64,000 nucleotides of DNA from Nostoc sp. DedSLP01 (GCA_034530875.2 JAVRCJ020000033.1:11749-75748), one strand, 5' to 3'; positions 40,370-52,589 are shown, counted from the first letter of the stretch. Made by a program: numbers and translations. Notes: generated by a model from the letters alone, not told the origin.

Positions 40370-41260
40370 TCATCTATAAATTGGTCTGGCTTGACGGTAA
40401 ATATTTAGTAACTCTAGAAACTTGTTACCATCAAAATTAATAGGGTCAACTTTTTTATTAGAACGGTCTACTAATTTGTGAGTAGTGATGCGATCGTCTG
40501 GGACTTGACTTTGAGCAACTAACCAAGCAAGAGAATGATATTGAGCTTCCGTATAGCCGCTATGGGTTTGTGGGCTGTTAGTGTCATAACTATCTGGTGG
40601 TGTTTCTAAGGAAACGTGATAAGCAAAATTATTGACAGACGGCGGCAAATTTGGATTAGTCTGCACAGTTTCCACACCCTCGGAACTCTCAAACACTGAG
40701 TTAGCTGCACCAAAAGCTCGTTTTTCTGGCGGTACTAGATAAACTACCGTCCCATCTAACTTGATTAAGGCGTGATAACTTGCTTGCACATTTTCATCAG
40801 TATGAGAGACTTGAAAAAAATTAATGGCGCTAGAAGCAGAATAACCAGTTTCATGGATAACGACAATTGGTTGGTTGCGAACAGGTGTACCGTTCACATC
40901 TGTGGTGTAACGTTCTCCATAGTTGCTTGGGTCAACTGAAACAATTTGATAATTAGGTCTGTATTGTGCAAAAGCTTGAGTGGTTACGTACCTTGTTGTT
41001 ACAGGCTGATTTGTTTTGGCTGGGGACTTAAGAACGCGTTGAGATTTCTGCTTTGGTTCTTTCGCTGATTGAAATTGTGCCTGTGGATATTGACTCCAGG
41101 CTGGCATCTCTAGTTTTGATGTATTAGATATAGCCATATTATTTTTTACTTGTGTTACTCGTCCAATAAGCAACACGATAATTAGAGCAGCAAACATCAG
41201 AGAGATTAGCATCACTCTAGTCGCCCAGTCTGTAAACCTCATTTTTTTATACTCGTACAA
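40370..41260 (-). CDS. N-acetylmuramoyl-L-alanine amidase (Amidase_2) with N-terminal membrane anchor
   Basis: VVIHET, ASYHALI..DG, RAFGA, ITTHK..D, KVDP. Confidence 0.85.
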   Translation of the reverse strand: MYEYKKMRFTDWATRVMLISLMFAALIIVLLIGRVTQVKNNMAISNTSKLEMPAWSQYPQAQFQSAKEPKQKSQRVLKSPAKTNQPVTTRYVTTQAFAQYRPNYQIVSVDPSNYGERYTTDVNGTPVRNQPIVVIHETGYSASSAINFFQVSHTDENVQASYHALIKLDGTVVYLVPPEKRAFGAANSVFESSEGVETVQTNPNLPPSVNNFAYHVSLETPPDSYDTNSPQTHSGYTEAQYHSLAWLVAQSQVPDDRITTHKLVDRSNKKVDPINFDGNKFLELLNIYRQARPIYR

Positions 41261-41683
41261 TGGTAGATATTAACTGATAACTAAACTGAACTTTTCACCA
41301 AATCTGAAAAAGTTCTCTCGAAACCTTTTTACTACAAAAGCTATACAGAAATTACATATTTCTTAACAATCTGAAAATTCATATAAGGTGCGTGAAAATG
41401 AGACAGGCAAATTCGCTTGTCTTTTGAGGCTAGTATAGTTAGCTGTACTACCCTAGAGCTTATGGTATCCAAAAAATAATCGCTATGTAACCTAATTTTA
41501 GTGAAAAATACGTTACTAGTATATGTTGGAATCCTAAGTAATTGTTGCAGACCTCTCTTCTGTCTTTAGAACTATTTAAATACCATCGCCCTCTTAGCGC
41601 TGTTATTTTCAGTATTTTTCTGGGAATCCTGTAGTTGTATACTCACTGCATTTGTTACACCTTTAGTTTAGGTAGCATTATTT

Positions 41684-42325
41684 ATGCAACTCATCACCTC
41701 CTTAGATATTAGAAATTCCGAATATTTATCAAAGAATCGGCTGATTAGCTATCACCATCAGTTACGTTTAATTTTTTCATTGGGTAATCAGGTCAAGAAT
41801 ATTTTAGAAATTGGAATTTTTAATTCACTGTTAACAGACCTGCTTCAGAAAAACGGATACAACGTCACCACCGCTGATGTTGACCCCAACCTCAAGCCAG
41901 ATATGATTTTGGATCTGACTACAGATTTTTCCTTGCCAAAAGATAAATTTGATGCGATTGTTTTGTTTCAAGTATTGGAACACTTTCCCTACGAACAGTC
42001 AGAACAAGCTTTGAAAAAACTTGCACAAGCAACAAACAAATTTTTGGTAATTTCCATTCCCTACTCCACTCAATATTTGTCATTGCAAATCAAAACTTCT
42101 TTCTCAGGTAGACCAAGGCATTTATTGCTCAATGTGCCAAAATTCTGGAGTACAACGCCAGTATGTGACGAGCATTACTGGGAAATGGGTTTGAAAGGAT
42201 ATCCCAAAAAGCGGATTTTAAATTCCGTTGCCAAAGCTGGCTTAACTGTCAAACAAGAATTTATCGATCCCACCTATCCCTATCATTATTTCTTGGTGCT
42301 AGAAAAAAATCTTCACAGTATTTAG
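41684..42325 (+). CDS. Class I SAM-dependent methyltransferase
   Basis: ILEIG motif I, FDAIVLFQVLEH. Confidence 0.8.
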   Translation: MQLITSLDIRNSEYLSKNRLISYHHQLRLIFSLGNQVKNILEIGIFNSLLTDLLQKNGYNVTTADVDPNLKPDMILDLTTDFSLPKDKFDAIVLFQVLEHFPYEQSEQALKKLAQATNKFLVISIPYSTQYLSLQIKTSFSGRPRHLLLNVPKFWSTTPVCDEHYWEMGLKGYPKKRILNSVAKAGLTVKQEFIDPTYPYHYFLVLEKNLHSI

Positions 42326-42573
42326 CCAGTGGGGAGTCAAATCAATTCAAAATTCAACCTCCTGCCTCCTGCCTCCTCCAAAATTGGGAGTAGGGAAATC
42401 CGAATCATAAAATGGGGGCAAACAATGCTCCACAAAGCAGCGATCGCTTAAGTTATGCTTTTAAAATCCTAATTGGTATCATGCTCTCGTGTATTCTCCG
42501 GATTTATCCCTGAAGGCAGAGGGCAATATCATAATTTCAGAATTTCAAATACTAACATCAAAGATTACTAATC

Positions 42574-44565
42574 ATGTTAGAACAAGGCACTATCAGTATT
42601 CATACTGAAAATATTTTCCCGATCATTAAGAAGTCCCTCTACTCAGATCACCAAATCTTCTTGCGGGAATTGGTATCCAACGCTGTAGACGCCATCCAAA
42701 AGCTGAAAATGGTATCCCGCGCCGGAGATTACACCGGAGACATAGGCGAACCAGAAATCGTAATTGCCATTGACAAAAACAACAAGACTCTCTCCATCTC
42801 CGATAACGGTATCGGAATGACCGCTGAAGAAGTCAAGAAATATATCAACCAAGTCGCCTTTTCTAGTGCTGAAGAATTTATTCATAAGTATCAAGGCAAA
42901 TCAGACCAACCAATTATCGGTCACTTCGGTCTTGGCTTCTACTCTTCATTCATGGTGGCGCAAAAGGTAGAAATTGATACCCTTTCCTACCAAGAAGGAG
43001 CGCAGGCGGTTCACTGGACTTGCGATGGTTCTCCTGCATTTACCCTAGACGACTCATCCCGCACAACTCGCGGCACTACCATTACTCTGACTTTACAAGG
43101 AGAAGAGGAAGAATTTCTCGAATCTGCACGGATTAAGAATCTTGTCAAGACTTACTGCGACTTCATGCCAGTACCGATTAAGCTGGATGGGGAAGTATTA
43201 AATAAGCAAAAAGCACCGTGGCGAGAGTCCCCAAGCAACCTGACTAAGGAAGACTATTTAGAGTTTTACCGCTACCTCTATCCTTTTCAAGAAGAACCAC
43301 TGCTGTGGGTACATTTGAATACTGATTATCCCTTCATCATCAACGGGATTTTGTATTTTCCCAAGATGAGGCCGGATGTAGATGTTACCAAAGGGCAAAT
43401 CAAGCTATTTTGCAATCAAGTTTTTGTTAGCGACAACTGCGAAGAAATTATCCCCCAATTTTTAATGCCGATGCGGGGTGTGATTGATAGCACCGATATA
43501 CCCTTGAACGTATCGCGCAGTGCATTGCAAGGCGATCGCACCGTAAAGCGAATCGGCGATTACATTGCGAAAAAAGTTGGCGATCGCCTCAAAGAACTTT
43601 TCCGCGACAACCGCGAACAATACGCTAGTGTGTGGAAAGACCTCGGCACTTTCGTCAAATTTGGTGTCCTTAACGACGAGAAATTCAAAAAACAAATTGA
43701 AGACATCATCATCTTCCGCACTACTGCCAAGCTAACAGAAAAACCTGCTGCCCAAACTCCAGCAGTTGAAGTCCAATCTGCTGAAGGGGATGCTTGGCAA
43801 GATGTCACTCCGACTTCATCCAGCGATGAAAACTCAGCACCCACTAGTCCTTACACCACGCTGAAAGAATACTTAGAACGCAACAAAGAACGCCACGAAA
43901 ACCGGGTTTTCTATAGCACCGATGAAGCAAGCCAAGCTACATACATAGAATTACACAAAAATCAAGGCTTGGAAGTCCTGTTTATGGACTCCTTCATCGA
44001 TACCCACTTCATCAACTTCCTGGAGCGTGAATATAACGATATCAAGTTTACGCGGGTAGACTCCGACTTAGATAATACCCTGCTGGAACAAGACAAAAGC
44101 CAGGAAATTGTCGATCCCAAAACCAACAAAACCCGCAGCGAGACTATCAAAGAGTTATTCGAGAAATCTCTCAATAAACCCAAAGTCAACATTCGCACCG
44201 AAGCCTTAAAAGCAGACGATCCCCAAGGAACGCCACCTGCGATGGTGTTATTACCAGAAATTCTCCGCCGCTTGCGGGAAATGAACGCCATGATGCAGCA
44301 GCAGACAGCAGAATTTCCCGAAGACCACATTTTGCTAGTGAATACTGCTCATCCACTAATTCAAAACCTGGCGCATCTGAGTCAAGGTAGTATCATTCAA
44401 GGTGACGGCCAATCACCTACAGATCAATTAGTGAAAATGATTTGCCAGCACGTCTACGATTTAGCGCTGATGTCTCAAAAAGGCTTTGACGCTGATGGTA
44501 TGAAATCTTTCGTCGAGCGATCGAACGAAGTACTCACCAAACTAACAGAACAAGCTAGTAAATAA
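42574..44565 (+). CDS. htpG: Molecular chaperone HtpG (Hsp90)
   Basis: FLRELVSNAVDA, DNGIGM, IGHFGLGFYS, PLNVSR. Confidence 0.97.
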   Translation: MLEQGTISIHTENIFPIIKKSLYSDHQIFLRELVSNAVDAIQKLKMVSRAGDYTGDIGEPEIVIAIDKNNKTLSISDNGIGMTAEEVKKYINQVAFSSAEEFIHKYQGKSDQPIIGHFGLGFYSSFMVAQKVEIDTLSYQEGAQAVHWTCDGSPAFTLDDSSRTTRGTTITLTLQGEEEEFLESARIKNLVKTYCDFMPVPIKLDGEVLNKQKAPWRESPSNLTKEDYLEFYRYLYPFQEEPLLWVHLNTDYPFIINGILYFPKMRPDVDVTKGQIKLFCNQVFVSDNCEEIIPQFLMPMRGVIDSTDIPLNVSRSALQGDRTVKRIGDYIAKKVGDRLKELFRDNREQYASVWKDLGTFVKFGVLNDEKFKKQIEDIIIFRTTAKLTEKPAAQTPAVEVQSAEGDAWQDVTPTSSSDENSAPTSPYTTLKEYLERNKERHENRVFYSTDEASQATYIELHKNQGLEVLFMDSFIDTHFINFLEREYNDIKFTRVDSDLDNTLLEQDKSQEIVDPKTNKTRSETIKELFEKSLNKPKVNIRTEALKADDPQGTPPAMVLLPEILRRLREMNAMMQQQTAEFPEDHILLVNTAHPLIQNLAHLSQGSIIQGDGQSPTDQLVKMICQHVYDLALMSQKGFDADGMKSFVERSNEVLTKLTEQASK

Positions 44566-44702
44566 GTTGGGTATGGGGCATTGGGCATGGGGCATTGGTT
44601 ATTCTCCCCATCTCCCCATCTCCCCACTCCCCTCTCCACTTCTGTTGCCTAAGCCCTAAAATGGAAAGGCTGTATTAAAATAACAATCTGGAGATAGTTG
44701 CT

Positions 44703-44939
44703 ATGTCTCGTCGCTGTGAACTAACTGGTAAGAAGGCAAACAATGCTTTTTCTGTTTCCCACTCCCACCGCCGTACAAAACGCCTTCAGCACGCCAATCT
44801 ACAAGTCAAGCGTGTTTGGTGGCCAAGCGGTAATCGCTGGGTGAAATTAAAGCTGTCTACTAAAGCAATCAAATCCCTAGAAACCAAAGGGATAGAAGCA
44901 ATGGCAAAAGAAGCTGGTATTAACTTGAATCATTACTAA
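44703..44939 (+). CDS. rpmB: 50S ribosomal protein L28
   Basis: [23 protein letters not shown]. Confidence 0.97.
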   Translation: MSRRCELTGKKANNAFSVSHSHRRTKRLQHANLQVKRVWWPSGNRWVKLKLSTKAIKSLETKGIEAMAKEAGINLNHY

Positions 44940-45118
44940 TTAACGTCAATTTATAACCTGAAACTTTCATAGAAAAGAATACAGGTGATTCGTGGGGTAG
45001 CATAGCAGTTGCTACCCTATTTTTTATATTTTGAATGTAATACGCTTGGTTGAAATTTTTGAAGCCCGGATAAATCGCGTCTCTACATGAGAGTTTTGAT
45101 TTATCTGAACTGTATTGA

Positions 45119-45772
45119 TTAGTGTTGTATCTGCTTTTGTACCCAAAGACGAAAAGCTTTAAGTGTTGCATTTCTGCCTGCGGTCATACTTTGGTTAAGA
45201 TATTCGGGAATTGCTTCAATGAGTGGGAATAAAGGAAAGTTTAAACTTTGCCCAGACTCTACATAATGCCCATCTTGCAGAATAAGAATTTGGAGCTTTC
45301 CTCGTTCAAAACACCAAAGTTCAGACACTTTTAATGCTTGATAAATATTAGGATGAGTGCGAGAAGTAATATCAATTTCTAGAGCTAAATCTGGAGGCGG
45401 GTCTACTGTTAAATCTAGGCGTTTCTTTCCGCGAACCTTTCGTTCATTTTTTATATAAAAACACTGGTCGGGTTCTATACCTTGAGCCATTGCTTGGTTT
45501 TTAAAGGTTGTAGAACCAAGGCATCTAAACTCAATATCTAATTCTTCCAGAAGTGCTTTGACTAAATCGCTAATAATTTCTTTATCGTCTTCATGTTCTG
45601 GCAATGGTGCCATAATCTCTAGTATTCCCCTGTCGTAAGCAATTCGTGCTGCGCGGTGTTCCCCTAATTCCTCTAGAATTGTTTCCAATTCCTGCCAGGT
45701 TACATCTTGCAGTAGCACTCTTTGTCCCGGTGGAACATGGATGCGCTTTAGTTCCAACAACATCATCTCCAC
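45119..45772 (-). CDS. Uma2 family (DUF820) putative endonuclease
   Basis: VTWQE, YDRGILEIMAP..HE, IEPDQCFY, PPPDLALEIDITS. Confidence 0.92.
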   Translation of the reverse strand: MEMMLLELKRIHVPPGQRVLLQDVTWQELETILEELGEHRAARIAYDRGILEIMAPLPEHEDDKEIISDLVKALLEELDIEFRCLGSTTFKNQAMAQGIEPDQCFYIKNERKVRGKKRLDLTVDPPPDLALEIDITSRTHPNIYQALKVSELWCFERGKLQILILQDGHYVESGQSLNFPLFPLIEAIPEYLNQSMTAGRNATLKAFRLWVQKQIQH

Positions 45773-46361
45773 TCCCAGTAGCTCAAACTTAAATTTAGCT
45801 TACTCCACTTGACTAAACGCTTGTGGCGATTTTTGCTGCTTCATCGCTATAAATTGTCCGATGCTTGAATATACAGTAGTTTGTTGTTGGTGAGCCTACT
45901 TCAAAAATCTTTGTAGAAATCTATCAATCATCCCGCTTATACCTATATAAGCGTTATTTCCAGAAAAAACCCCTGGGATTCCAGAGGCTTTGGTTCCTGA
46001 TTTAGTTTCTAGTTGTTACTACAAATTGTCCTGAGACATTTCCTGATAGGGAACAAAATTATTTCATTTACAAGTTGGTCTGCTGACTATTGGCTGTAAA
46101 CCTGATTATTACGTTGTGACAACGCCTAACACCAGATTTACACTCCTAAGAATTTAAAAAATATAAAAAATCCCAATCAAAAATAAATTTTTTATTAAAA
46201 ATAGTTATTTTTTTACAGGTCTAAAAACTTGCCTTTTAAATTTTAGTCATTGAAACTCAAAACCCTAAAATCTCACGCCGAGACCCAAAAACCCAGAGAA
46301 AACTCCCTGCCTCTCTTGCCTCGTGCGTGAGATTTCCAAATTCTTCACTCAATGGCAAACC

Positions 46362-47342
46362 CTACTTTAACCATCGCGCTGCATCTTTAGCGTGATAAGT
46401 CAAAATCAAATCCGCCCCGGCGCGTTTAAAGCCAGTTAAAGTTTCCAAAACCACTCGCTCCTCATCAACCCAACCATTCAGAGCCGCAGCTTTAATCATC
46501 GAATACTCACCAGAGACATTGTAAGCAGCAACCGGTAAATTACTCGCTTCCTTCACCCGCCAGATAATATCCATATATGCCAACGCTGGCTTAACCATCA
46601 ACATATCAGCGCCTTCAGCAATATCCAATTCAATTTCTTTAATTGCTTCGCGACTATTACCCGGATCCATTTGGTAAGTTCTTCTGTCTCCAAATTGCGG
46701 CGTCGAGTCTGCTGCATCCCGAAATGGGCCGTAATAAGCCGAAGCATACTTAGCAGCATAAGACATAATCGGCGTGTCTTGGAATCCAGCTTCATCCAAA
46801 CCTTGACGAATGGCTTGCACAAAACCATCCATCATCCCGGAAGGCGCGATGATATCAGCACCAGCATTTGCTTGAGAAACTGCTGTTTTTTTCAACAATT
46901 CCAAAGTTGGGTCATTTAAAACTCGTCCTGTCAAATCGCCAACTTGCAAATAACCGCAGTGTCCGTGACTCGTATACTCACACAAACAAGTATCAGCAAC
47001 TACAATCAAATCTGGCACTGCTGTTTTTACCGCAGTCGCAGCTTTTTGGACAATACCGCAATCATGCCAAGCGCCAGTAGCATCCACATCCTTATCAGCA
47101 GGAATACCAAACAGAATGATGGCAGGAATTCCTAAGTCATAAACCTCTTTCGCCTCTTCAACAATTTTATCTACCGAAAGCTGGTAGACTCCGGGCATCG
47201 ATTTTACCTCGTTAGCAATTCCTTCACCTGGTACGGCAAATAGTGGGTAAATGAAATCGCTTGTTGTCAAAACAGTTTCACGTACCATCCGGCGCAGTTG
47301 GGGATGGGTACGCAGACGGCGGGGGCGATGTGTAGGAAACAT
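46362..47342 (-). CDS. hemB: Porphobilinogen synthase
   Basis: [37 protein letters not shown]. Confidence 0.98.
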   Translation of the reverse strand: MFPTHRPRRLRTHPQLRRMVRETVLTTSDFIYPLFAVPGEGIANEVKSMPGVYQLSVDKIVEEAKEVYDLGIPAIILFGIPADKDVDATGAWHDCGIVQKAATAVKTAVPDLIVVADTCLCEYTSHGHCGYLQVGDLTGRVLNDPTLELLKKTAVSQANAGADIIAPSGMMDGFVQAIRQGLDEAGFQDTPIMSYAAKYASAYYGPFRDAADSTPQFGDRRTYQMDPGNSREAIKEIELDIAEGADMLMVKPALAYMDIIWRVKEASNLPVAAYNVSGEYSMIKAAALNGWVDEERVVLETLTGFKRAGADLILTYHAKDAARWLK

Positions 47343-47747
47343 AAAATTTTATGAAGAAAAACAACCCAATGGACACAAAACAAAGCGTCACAAAAGCAGG
47401 GGAAAAGTTTCCTGCCATCAGACAGACTACAAAAAGTGCTTAACTGACATTTGCCCTACTCTTAATCAAGCTGTGGGGCAATTTTGTATTTTACAGCTTG
47501 GTTGACATCTATCTGAAAACTTAAAAAACAATATTACAAATGGGCATTGGGCATTGGGCATTGTATCTCTAAATCACAGAAGCAATATTTTCCAGTTAGC
47601 TAATAGAGTATGGGTAATAAATAATTCCAAATTGACAATTTAAAATTATCAAACCTTCTGTTTGCAAAAACATACCAACAAACTAAAGGCAGAACAATTA
47701 ATAAAAAATAATTTGCAATTACCAATGCCCCATGCCCCATACCTAAT

Positions 47748-47794
47748 GACGCCACTTGCTACAAGTCGGCAAAGCCGCCCAACGCAGTGGCTCC
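47748..47794. repeat. Small dispersed repeat (GACGCCA...TGGCTCC family)
   Basis: Related copy at 55033-55105; internal hairpin CGGC-AAA-GCCG. Confidence 0.65.
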
Positions 47795-47813
47795 CCAATG
47801 CCCATAATTTATG

Positions 47814-48173
47814 CTAAAAAACTCTTAAAATAAACGGATAACGAAAGGGTGCATCGGGATTGCTAAAAACTCGGCTGATTGCCCAAATTGTTAGTCCCCA
47901 GTGCAACAAATACCCAATAGCTGCTAGCGGCCCGAGTAATAATAGTGGTAAGACCAACCAACCGAATAAAAAAAACAGCGCTCCGAGAATCGCTCCGTAG
48001 AACCAAACATTAAAGTGGAAATTGATGGATTCTTTGGCGTTTTCTTTAACAACCGGATCGTCAGATACGAGCAATATGGCAATAGGTATACCTACAGATA
48101 CAATTGTCGTGCTGAAAAAAATGGCTCCATGAGACAAGGCGGATAAAAGCTTTCGCTTGTCTGTGTCGTACAT
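47814..48173 (-). CDS. DUF4870 (Tic20-like) membrane protein
   Basis: SALSHG, VKENAKESINF, FRYPF. Confidence 0.85.
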   Translation of the reverse strand: MYDTDKRKLLSALSHGAIFFSTTIVSVGIPIAILLVSDDPVVKENAKESINFHFNVWFYGAILGALFFLFGWLVLPLLLLGPLAAIGYLLHWGLTIWAISRVFSNPDAPFRYPFILRVF

Positions 48174-48298
48174 TCCTTTCTCCTAAAATTTAGTCAGAAT
48201 TATTGATTATATTACGACCCGATCGCGAGCAACGTTGTCTTAAGATTAAAAGACTTACCAACGAAAAAAATTAAGTTAAGTTACAAACAAATAGAGTT

Positions 48299-49927
48299 AT
48301 GTCAATTGAACTTGAGTCTGAACTCAATCGCGCAGTTGAACTTCGTCGCAACTTTGCAATTATATCTCACCCTGATGCGGGTAAAACTACACTGACAGAA
48401 AAGCTACTGCTGTACGGAGGGGCAATTCACGAAGCTGGAGCAGTTAAGGCACGACGGGCGCAGCGTAAGGCTACTTCAGACTGGATGGCAATGGAACAAC
48501 AACGGGGTATTTCCATTACTTCTACGGTACTGCAATTTGCATACCAGAACTGTCAAATAAATTTATTAGACACACCCGGACACCAAGATTTCAGTGAAGA
48601 TACTTATCGCACCCTTGCCGCTGCCGATAATGCAGTGATGCTAATTGATGCAGCAAAAGGTTTAGAACCCCAAACCCGCAAGTTGTTTGAAGTGTGTAAG
48701 CTGCGCGGTATTCCAATTTTTACATTTGTCAACAAGCTCGATCGCCCAGGAAGAGAACCTCTAGAACTTTTGGACGAAATCGAGCAAGAATTGAAGCTGC
48801 AAACTTATGCGGTCAACTGGCCTATCGGTATGGGCGATCGCTTTAAAGGTGTCTTTGACCGACACAAGCAACAAATTCACCTGTTTGAGCGCAGCGCCCA
48901 CGGCAGCCGAGAAGCCCGCGATACCATAGTCGAATTAGGCGATCCGAGAATAGAACAGCTGCTAGAACAAGACTTATACTATCAACTGAAAAACGATCTA
49001 GAACTCTTAGAAGGAGTTGGGCCGGAACTAGATTTGCAGTTGGTACACGAAGGCAAAATGACGCCAGTCTTCTTTGGTAGCGCCATGACCAACTTTGGGG
49101 TAGAGTTATTCCTCAAGTACTTCCTAGAATATGCCCTCAAACCTGGTTCGCATGTCAGCAGTGTTGGCGAAGTTCCCCCCACATATCCAGAGTTTTCTGG
49201 TTTTGTGTTCAAACTGCAAGCAAACATGGATCCGAAACACCGCGATCGCGTTGCATTTGTCCGGGTCTGCACTGGTAAGTTTGAAAAAGATATGATGGTG
49301 AATCACGCTCGCACTGGTAAACTCGTCCGTCTCTCCCGTCCGCAAAAACTCTTTGCTCAGGAGAGAGAATCGATTGATGAAGCTTATCCTGGCGATGTGA
49401 TCGGTTTGAACAATCCCGGTGTTTTTGCGATCGGGGATACAATTTACACGGGGCAAAAGCTGGAATATGAAGGCATTCCGTATTTTTCGCCGGAACTGTT
49501 TGCAACTCTCAGGAACCCCAACCCCTCGAAGTTTAAGCAATTCCAAAAAGGCGTTGCGGAATTGCGCGAAGAAGGTGCCGTGCAAATTATGTATTCAACT
49601 GATGAAGCCAAACGCGATCCAATTTTAGCGGCGGTAGGTCAGTTGCAATTTGAAGTGGTGCAGTTTCGCTTACAAAATGAGTATGGCGTAGAAACCATAC
49701 TAGATTTATTACCCTACAGTGTCGCCCGTTGGGTTGAAGGTGGTTGGGAAGCATTAAATAAAGTGGGACGTTTATTCAATACCACTACAGTCAAAGATAG
49801 TATGGGACGCCCAGTGTTACTATTCCGGAATGAATGGAATTGCAACCAATTAGAGGGCGACCATCCAGAGTTGAAATTAAGCGCGATCGCCCCAGTATTT
49901 TCTAGTCAACAACCAGTGGAGGAATGA
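48299..49927 (+). CDS. prfC: Peptide chain release factor 3
   Basis: [38 protein letters not shown]. Confidence 0.98.
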   Translation: MSIELESELNRAVELRRNFAIISHPDAGKTTLTEKLLLYGGAIHEAGAVKARRAQRKATSDWMAMEQQRGISITSTVLQFAYQNCQINLLDTPGHQDFSEDTYRTLAAADNAVMLIDAAKGLEPQTRKLFEVCKLRGIPIFTFVNKLDRPGREPLELLDEIEQELKLQTYAVNWPIGMGDRFKGVFDRHKQQIHLFERSAHGSREARDTIVELGDPRIEQLLEQDLYYQLKNDLELLEGVGPELDLQLVHEGKMTPVFFGSAMTNFGVELFLKYFLEYALKPGSHVSSVGEVPPTYPEFSGFVFKLQANMDPKHRDRVAFVRVCTGKFEKDMMVNHARTGKLVRLSRPQKLFAQERESIDEAYPGDVIGLNNPGVFAIGDTIYTGQKLEYEGIPYFSPELFATLRNPNPSKFKQFQKGVAELREEGAVQIMYSTDEAKRDPILAAVGQLQFEVVQFRLQNEYGVETILDLLPYSVARWVEGGWEALNKVGRLFNTTTVKDSMGRPVLLFRNEWNCNQLEGDHPELKLSAIAPVFSSQQPVEE

Positions 49928-50055
49928 AGAATTCTGACTCCTGAATTCCTTCACAGTTAGACTTAGCTGGGCACAGTTGATTTCCACGGCATCTGAGGTT
50001 CGCGCTTTTACCCAGACGTGGATACCTTAGAAGAGATTGGAGTGCCAGAATCTGT

Positions 50056-52305
50056 ATGCCTTCACATGCCAAATCGTCTTTGGAGGCTGGTTTAGTTGCC
50101 CTCAAGCAGGGAAATTACCAAACAGCGATCGCTCACTTAGAACCTATTGCTAGCAGTGAAAGTAATGCCACTGCTAACTTACAAGCAAGAGTTGGTTTAG
50201 TGATGGCTTATGCCCGTACTGGCGAAGTCTCCAAAGCGATCGCCTTTTGCCAAAATCTGATTGAGAGTAATAATCCGCAAGTTCAAGAGTGGGCAACCCG
50301 CGCTCTCGAACATTTGACAAAACGTAAAAAACCCGAACCCGAACCAAAAAATGTCGAAACTGGATTTGTTGCTTTTGAAAAGTCACCCCCAGACACTCCT
50401 AAATCAGAGGAGAAGCCAAAAGACGAAGTAACACAAACCAAAAGCCAGAATATCCCTACGATGGTGCCACTAGCTAAACTCAAAGCTACTGTCACACCAC
50501 CACCTCCGCCACCGCCCCCGCCTCCTCTCACGGGCTTCATGGGTTCCGTTACCCGCACGCAAGCCAAACTATTCGGCGTTATTTATTGGCGACAAGCACA
50601 ACGCGCTAAGGCATGGCAACCCCTACGCAAACCGAAATTAATCCCCTTGCGGCTATTGGCAGCAGGTACATTCTTCGCCCTGTTTTGGCTGATAAGAGAA
50701 ATTGTTAAGTTCGTAATGGGATCTATTAACCTAGCTTTAGTTAAGCTTCCCTATCTGGAGCCATTGCAGTTTTTATACAATGAGCCTACACGATTTTTGC
50801 TAATAGCCTTGGTAATATTGATTGGCCTATCGCCTTGGTTGCTAGATTTGCTCTTAGCAAAATTGTACGGTCAGCGAGAACTGACTAAAGATATATTGAA
50901 TGCCCGTAGTCGGGAAGCCGTTCGGGTGCTACAACGTTGTTGCCAACAAAAGCACTGGCCTTTACCTAAGCTGCGAATTTTGCCAATGGCAGCCCCAATT
51001 ATTCTGACCTACGGTAGCTTACCACGGAATGCCAGAATTGTAGTCAGTCAAGGGCTGCTAGAACAACTAGCAGATGATGAAATTGCTGTTATTTACGCCA
51101 GCCAGTTAGGGCATATTGCTCACTGGGATTTTGTTGTTATGTCTTTAGTATTGCTGGTGACGCTACCAATTTATCAGGTATATCAGCAAGTATCAAAGCT
51201 GGGTGACAGGATACCAGGAAAAATTTGGCGCACTCCTGTGACAATTGTGGCTAGTTTGATTTATGGACTTTGGTGTTTGCTGACTGGGACAGCATTGTGG
51301 TTGTCACGATCGCGGCTTTATTATAGCGATCGCGTTGCAGCTGAAATTACTGGTAATCCCAATGCGCTAATTCGTGGTTTACTCAAAATTGCCATCGGCA
51401 TTGCAACTGATGTCCAAAAACAAGAACACACCAGTTCGCAGTTAGAAAGCTTAAATATTGCAGCACCAGTCAGCTACCAACAGAGTCTTTCTTTAGGCAC
51501 TATTGCTGGGAATCTCTCTTTTGAATCCTTTTTAAAATGGGATATTGTCAATCCTTATCGCCGATGGTTTACGATTAATAATAGCCATCCTTTAGTGGGC
51601 GATCGCATCCAACGCCTCTGTCAAATAGCCGAACGCTGGCATCTAGACACCGAATTACATTTTCCTAGAGAGCAACCATTAAAAGTTAGTCGTCAGTCTT
51701 TCTTATTACAAATCGCTCCTTGGTTGGGAGTTCCTCTAGGAGTTCTGTTTGCAGGTTTAGTATGGCTAACATGGCAATTAGCATTTGCACTTAAATTTTT
51801 AAATCTCAAGTGGATCTATGAGGATCTGTCTTTCATTACAGGCTGCCTTCTGATTGGTTTTAGCATCGGTACAGTGATTCGGATTAATTCTTTCTTCCCC
51901 GAGATTAAACCTGCCACTGTGCAAACTGATGACCACCTACCCACTTTGTTAGACGATCCTTGTGCCTTACCAATTGACAGCATCAGCGTCCGTCTAGTAG
52001 GCAAATTATTAGGCCGTCAAGACACTAGTAACTCCTTAGCCCAAGATTTAATCCTACAATCAAGTGCGGGCTTAGTGAAATTACACCATGTTTCTTGGTT
52101 GGGACAGTCAGTTAATCATCAGGATTTAATTGGTCGGCAAATCATTGTCACAGGTTGGTTTCGCCGAGGAGCAACACCTTGGATAGACGTTCAAACGCTG
52201 GAAACTCAAGCTGGTAAGACCATTCACAGCCCTCATCCGATTTGGTCTACTGCTTTAGCAGTTGCAGCCCAGGCTTGGGGCGCATACATTTTTCTAACTG
52301 GTTGA
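50056..52305 (+). CDS. TPR-containing M48/HtpX-like membrane protein with degenerate Zn motif
   Basis: N-terminal TPR-like helices, poly-Pro linker, IVVSQGLL..L..DEI, SRSRLYYSDR, SHP...RI; HExxH is replaced by SQLGH. Confidence 0.8.
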   Translation: MPSHAKSSLEAGLVALKQGNYQTAIAHLEPIASSESNATANLQARVGLVMAYARTGEVSKAIAFCQNLIESNNPQVQEWATRALEHLTKRKKPEPEPKNVETGFVAFEKSPPDTPKSEEKPKDEVTQTKSQNIPTMVPLAKLKATVTPPPPPPPPPPLTGFMGSVTRTQAKLFGVIYWRQAQRAKAWQPLRKPKLIPLRLLAAGTFFALFWLIREIVKFVMGSINLALVKLPYLEPLQFLYNEPTRFLLIALVILIGLSPWLLDLLLAKLYGQRELTKDILNARSREAVRVLQRCCQQKHWPLPKLRILPMAAPIILTYGSLPRNARIVVSQGLLEQLADDEIAVIYASQLGHIAHWDFVVMSLVLLVTLPIYQVYQQVSKLGDRIPGKIWRTPVTIVASLIYGLWCLLTGTALWLSRSRLYYSDRVAAEITGNPNALIRGLLKIAIGIATDVQKQEHTSSQLESLNIAAPVSYQQSLSLGTIAGNLSFESFLKWDIVNPYRRWFTINNSHPLVGDRIQRLCQIAERWHLDTELHFPREQPLKVSRQSFLLQIAPWLGVPLGVLFAGLVWLTWQLAFALKFLNLKWIYEDLSFITGCLLIGFSIGTVIRINSFFPEIKPATVQTDDHLPTLLDDPCALPIDSISVRLVGKLLGRQDTSNSLAQDLILQSSAGLVKLHHVSWLGQSVNHQDLIGRQIIVTGWFRRGATPWIDVQTLETQAGKTIHSPHPIWSTALAVAAQAWGAYIFLTG

Positions 52306-52504
52306 ATGGGCAAGGGGACAGTGAGCAGAGGGGGCAGAGGAGGCGGGGGGCAAAGGGAAAACTAATGACTAATGACCAATGACTAATGACTAAATAACTA
52401 ATGACAAACCAAAATGTAAAGAAAAGTTGCAGGTTTTATTCCCAAGTGTTACATTTATTTACACAAACAATAGCAACCGATATAACTCAGCCTTATACTT
52501 TGGC

Positions 52505-52589
52505 GGTGAATTCGGGTGCTTTTTCCCCCGTTGATACCTTTTCATCCTCCCAACACAGCAGCAAATCAACCAGCCGATGGCTGGTTTTT
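52505..52589 (+). ncRNA. Candidate small RNA or terminated leader upstream of the RRM gene
   Basis: -10-like TATACT at 52494-52499, CU-rich core (TTCATCCTCCC), terminator AACCAGCC-GAT-GGCTGGTT-TTT. Confidence 0.4.

Noticed and set aside
42497..42502. TCCGGA (DIF1-like) upstream of htpG, and another at 36060 upstream of argC
   Set aside because: A 6-mer alone is expected by chance, and spacing to a plausible -10 is unconvincing without TSS data.
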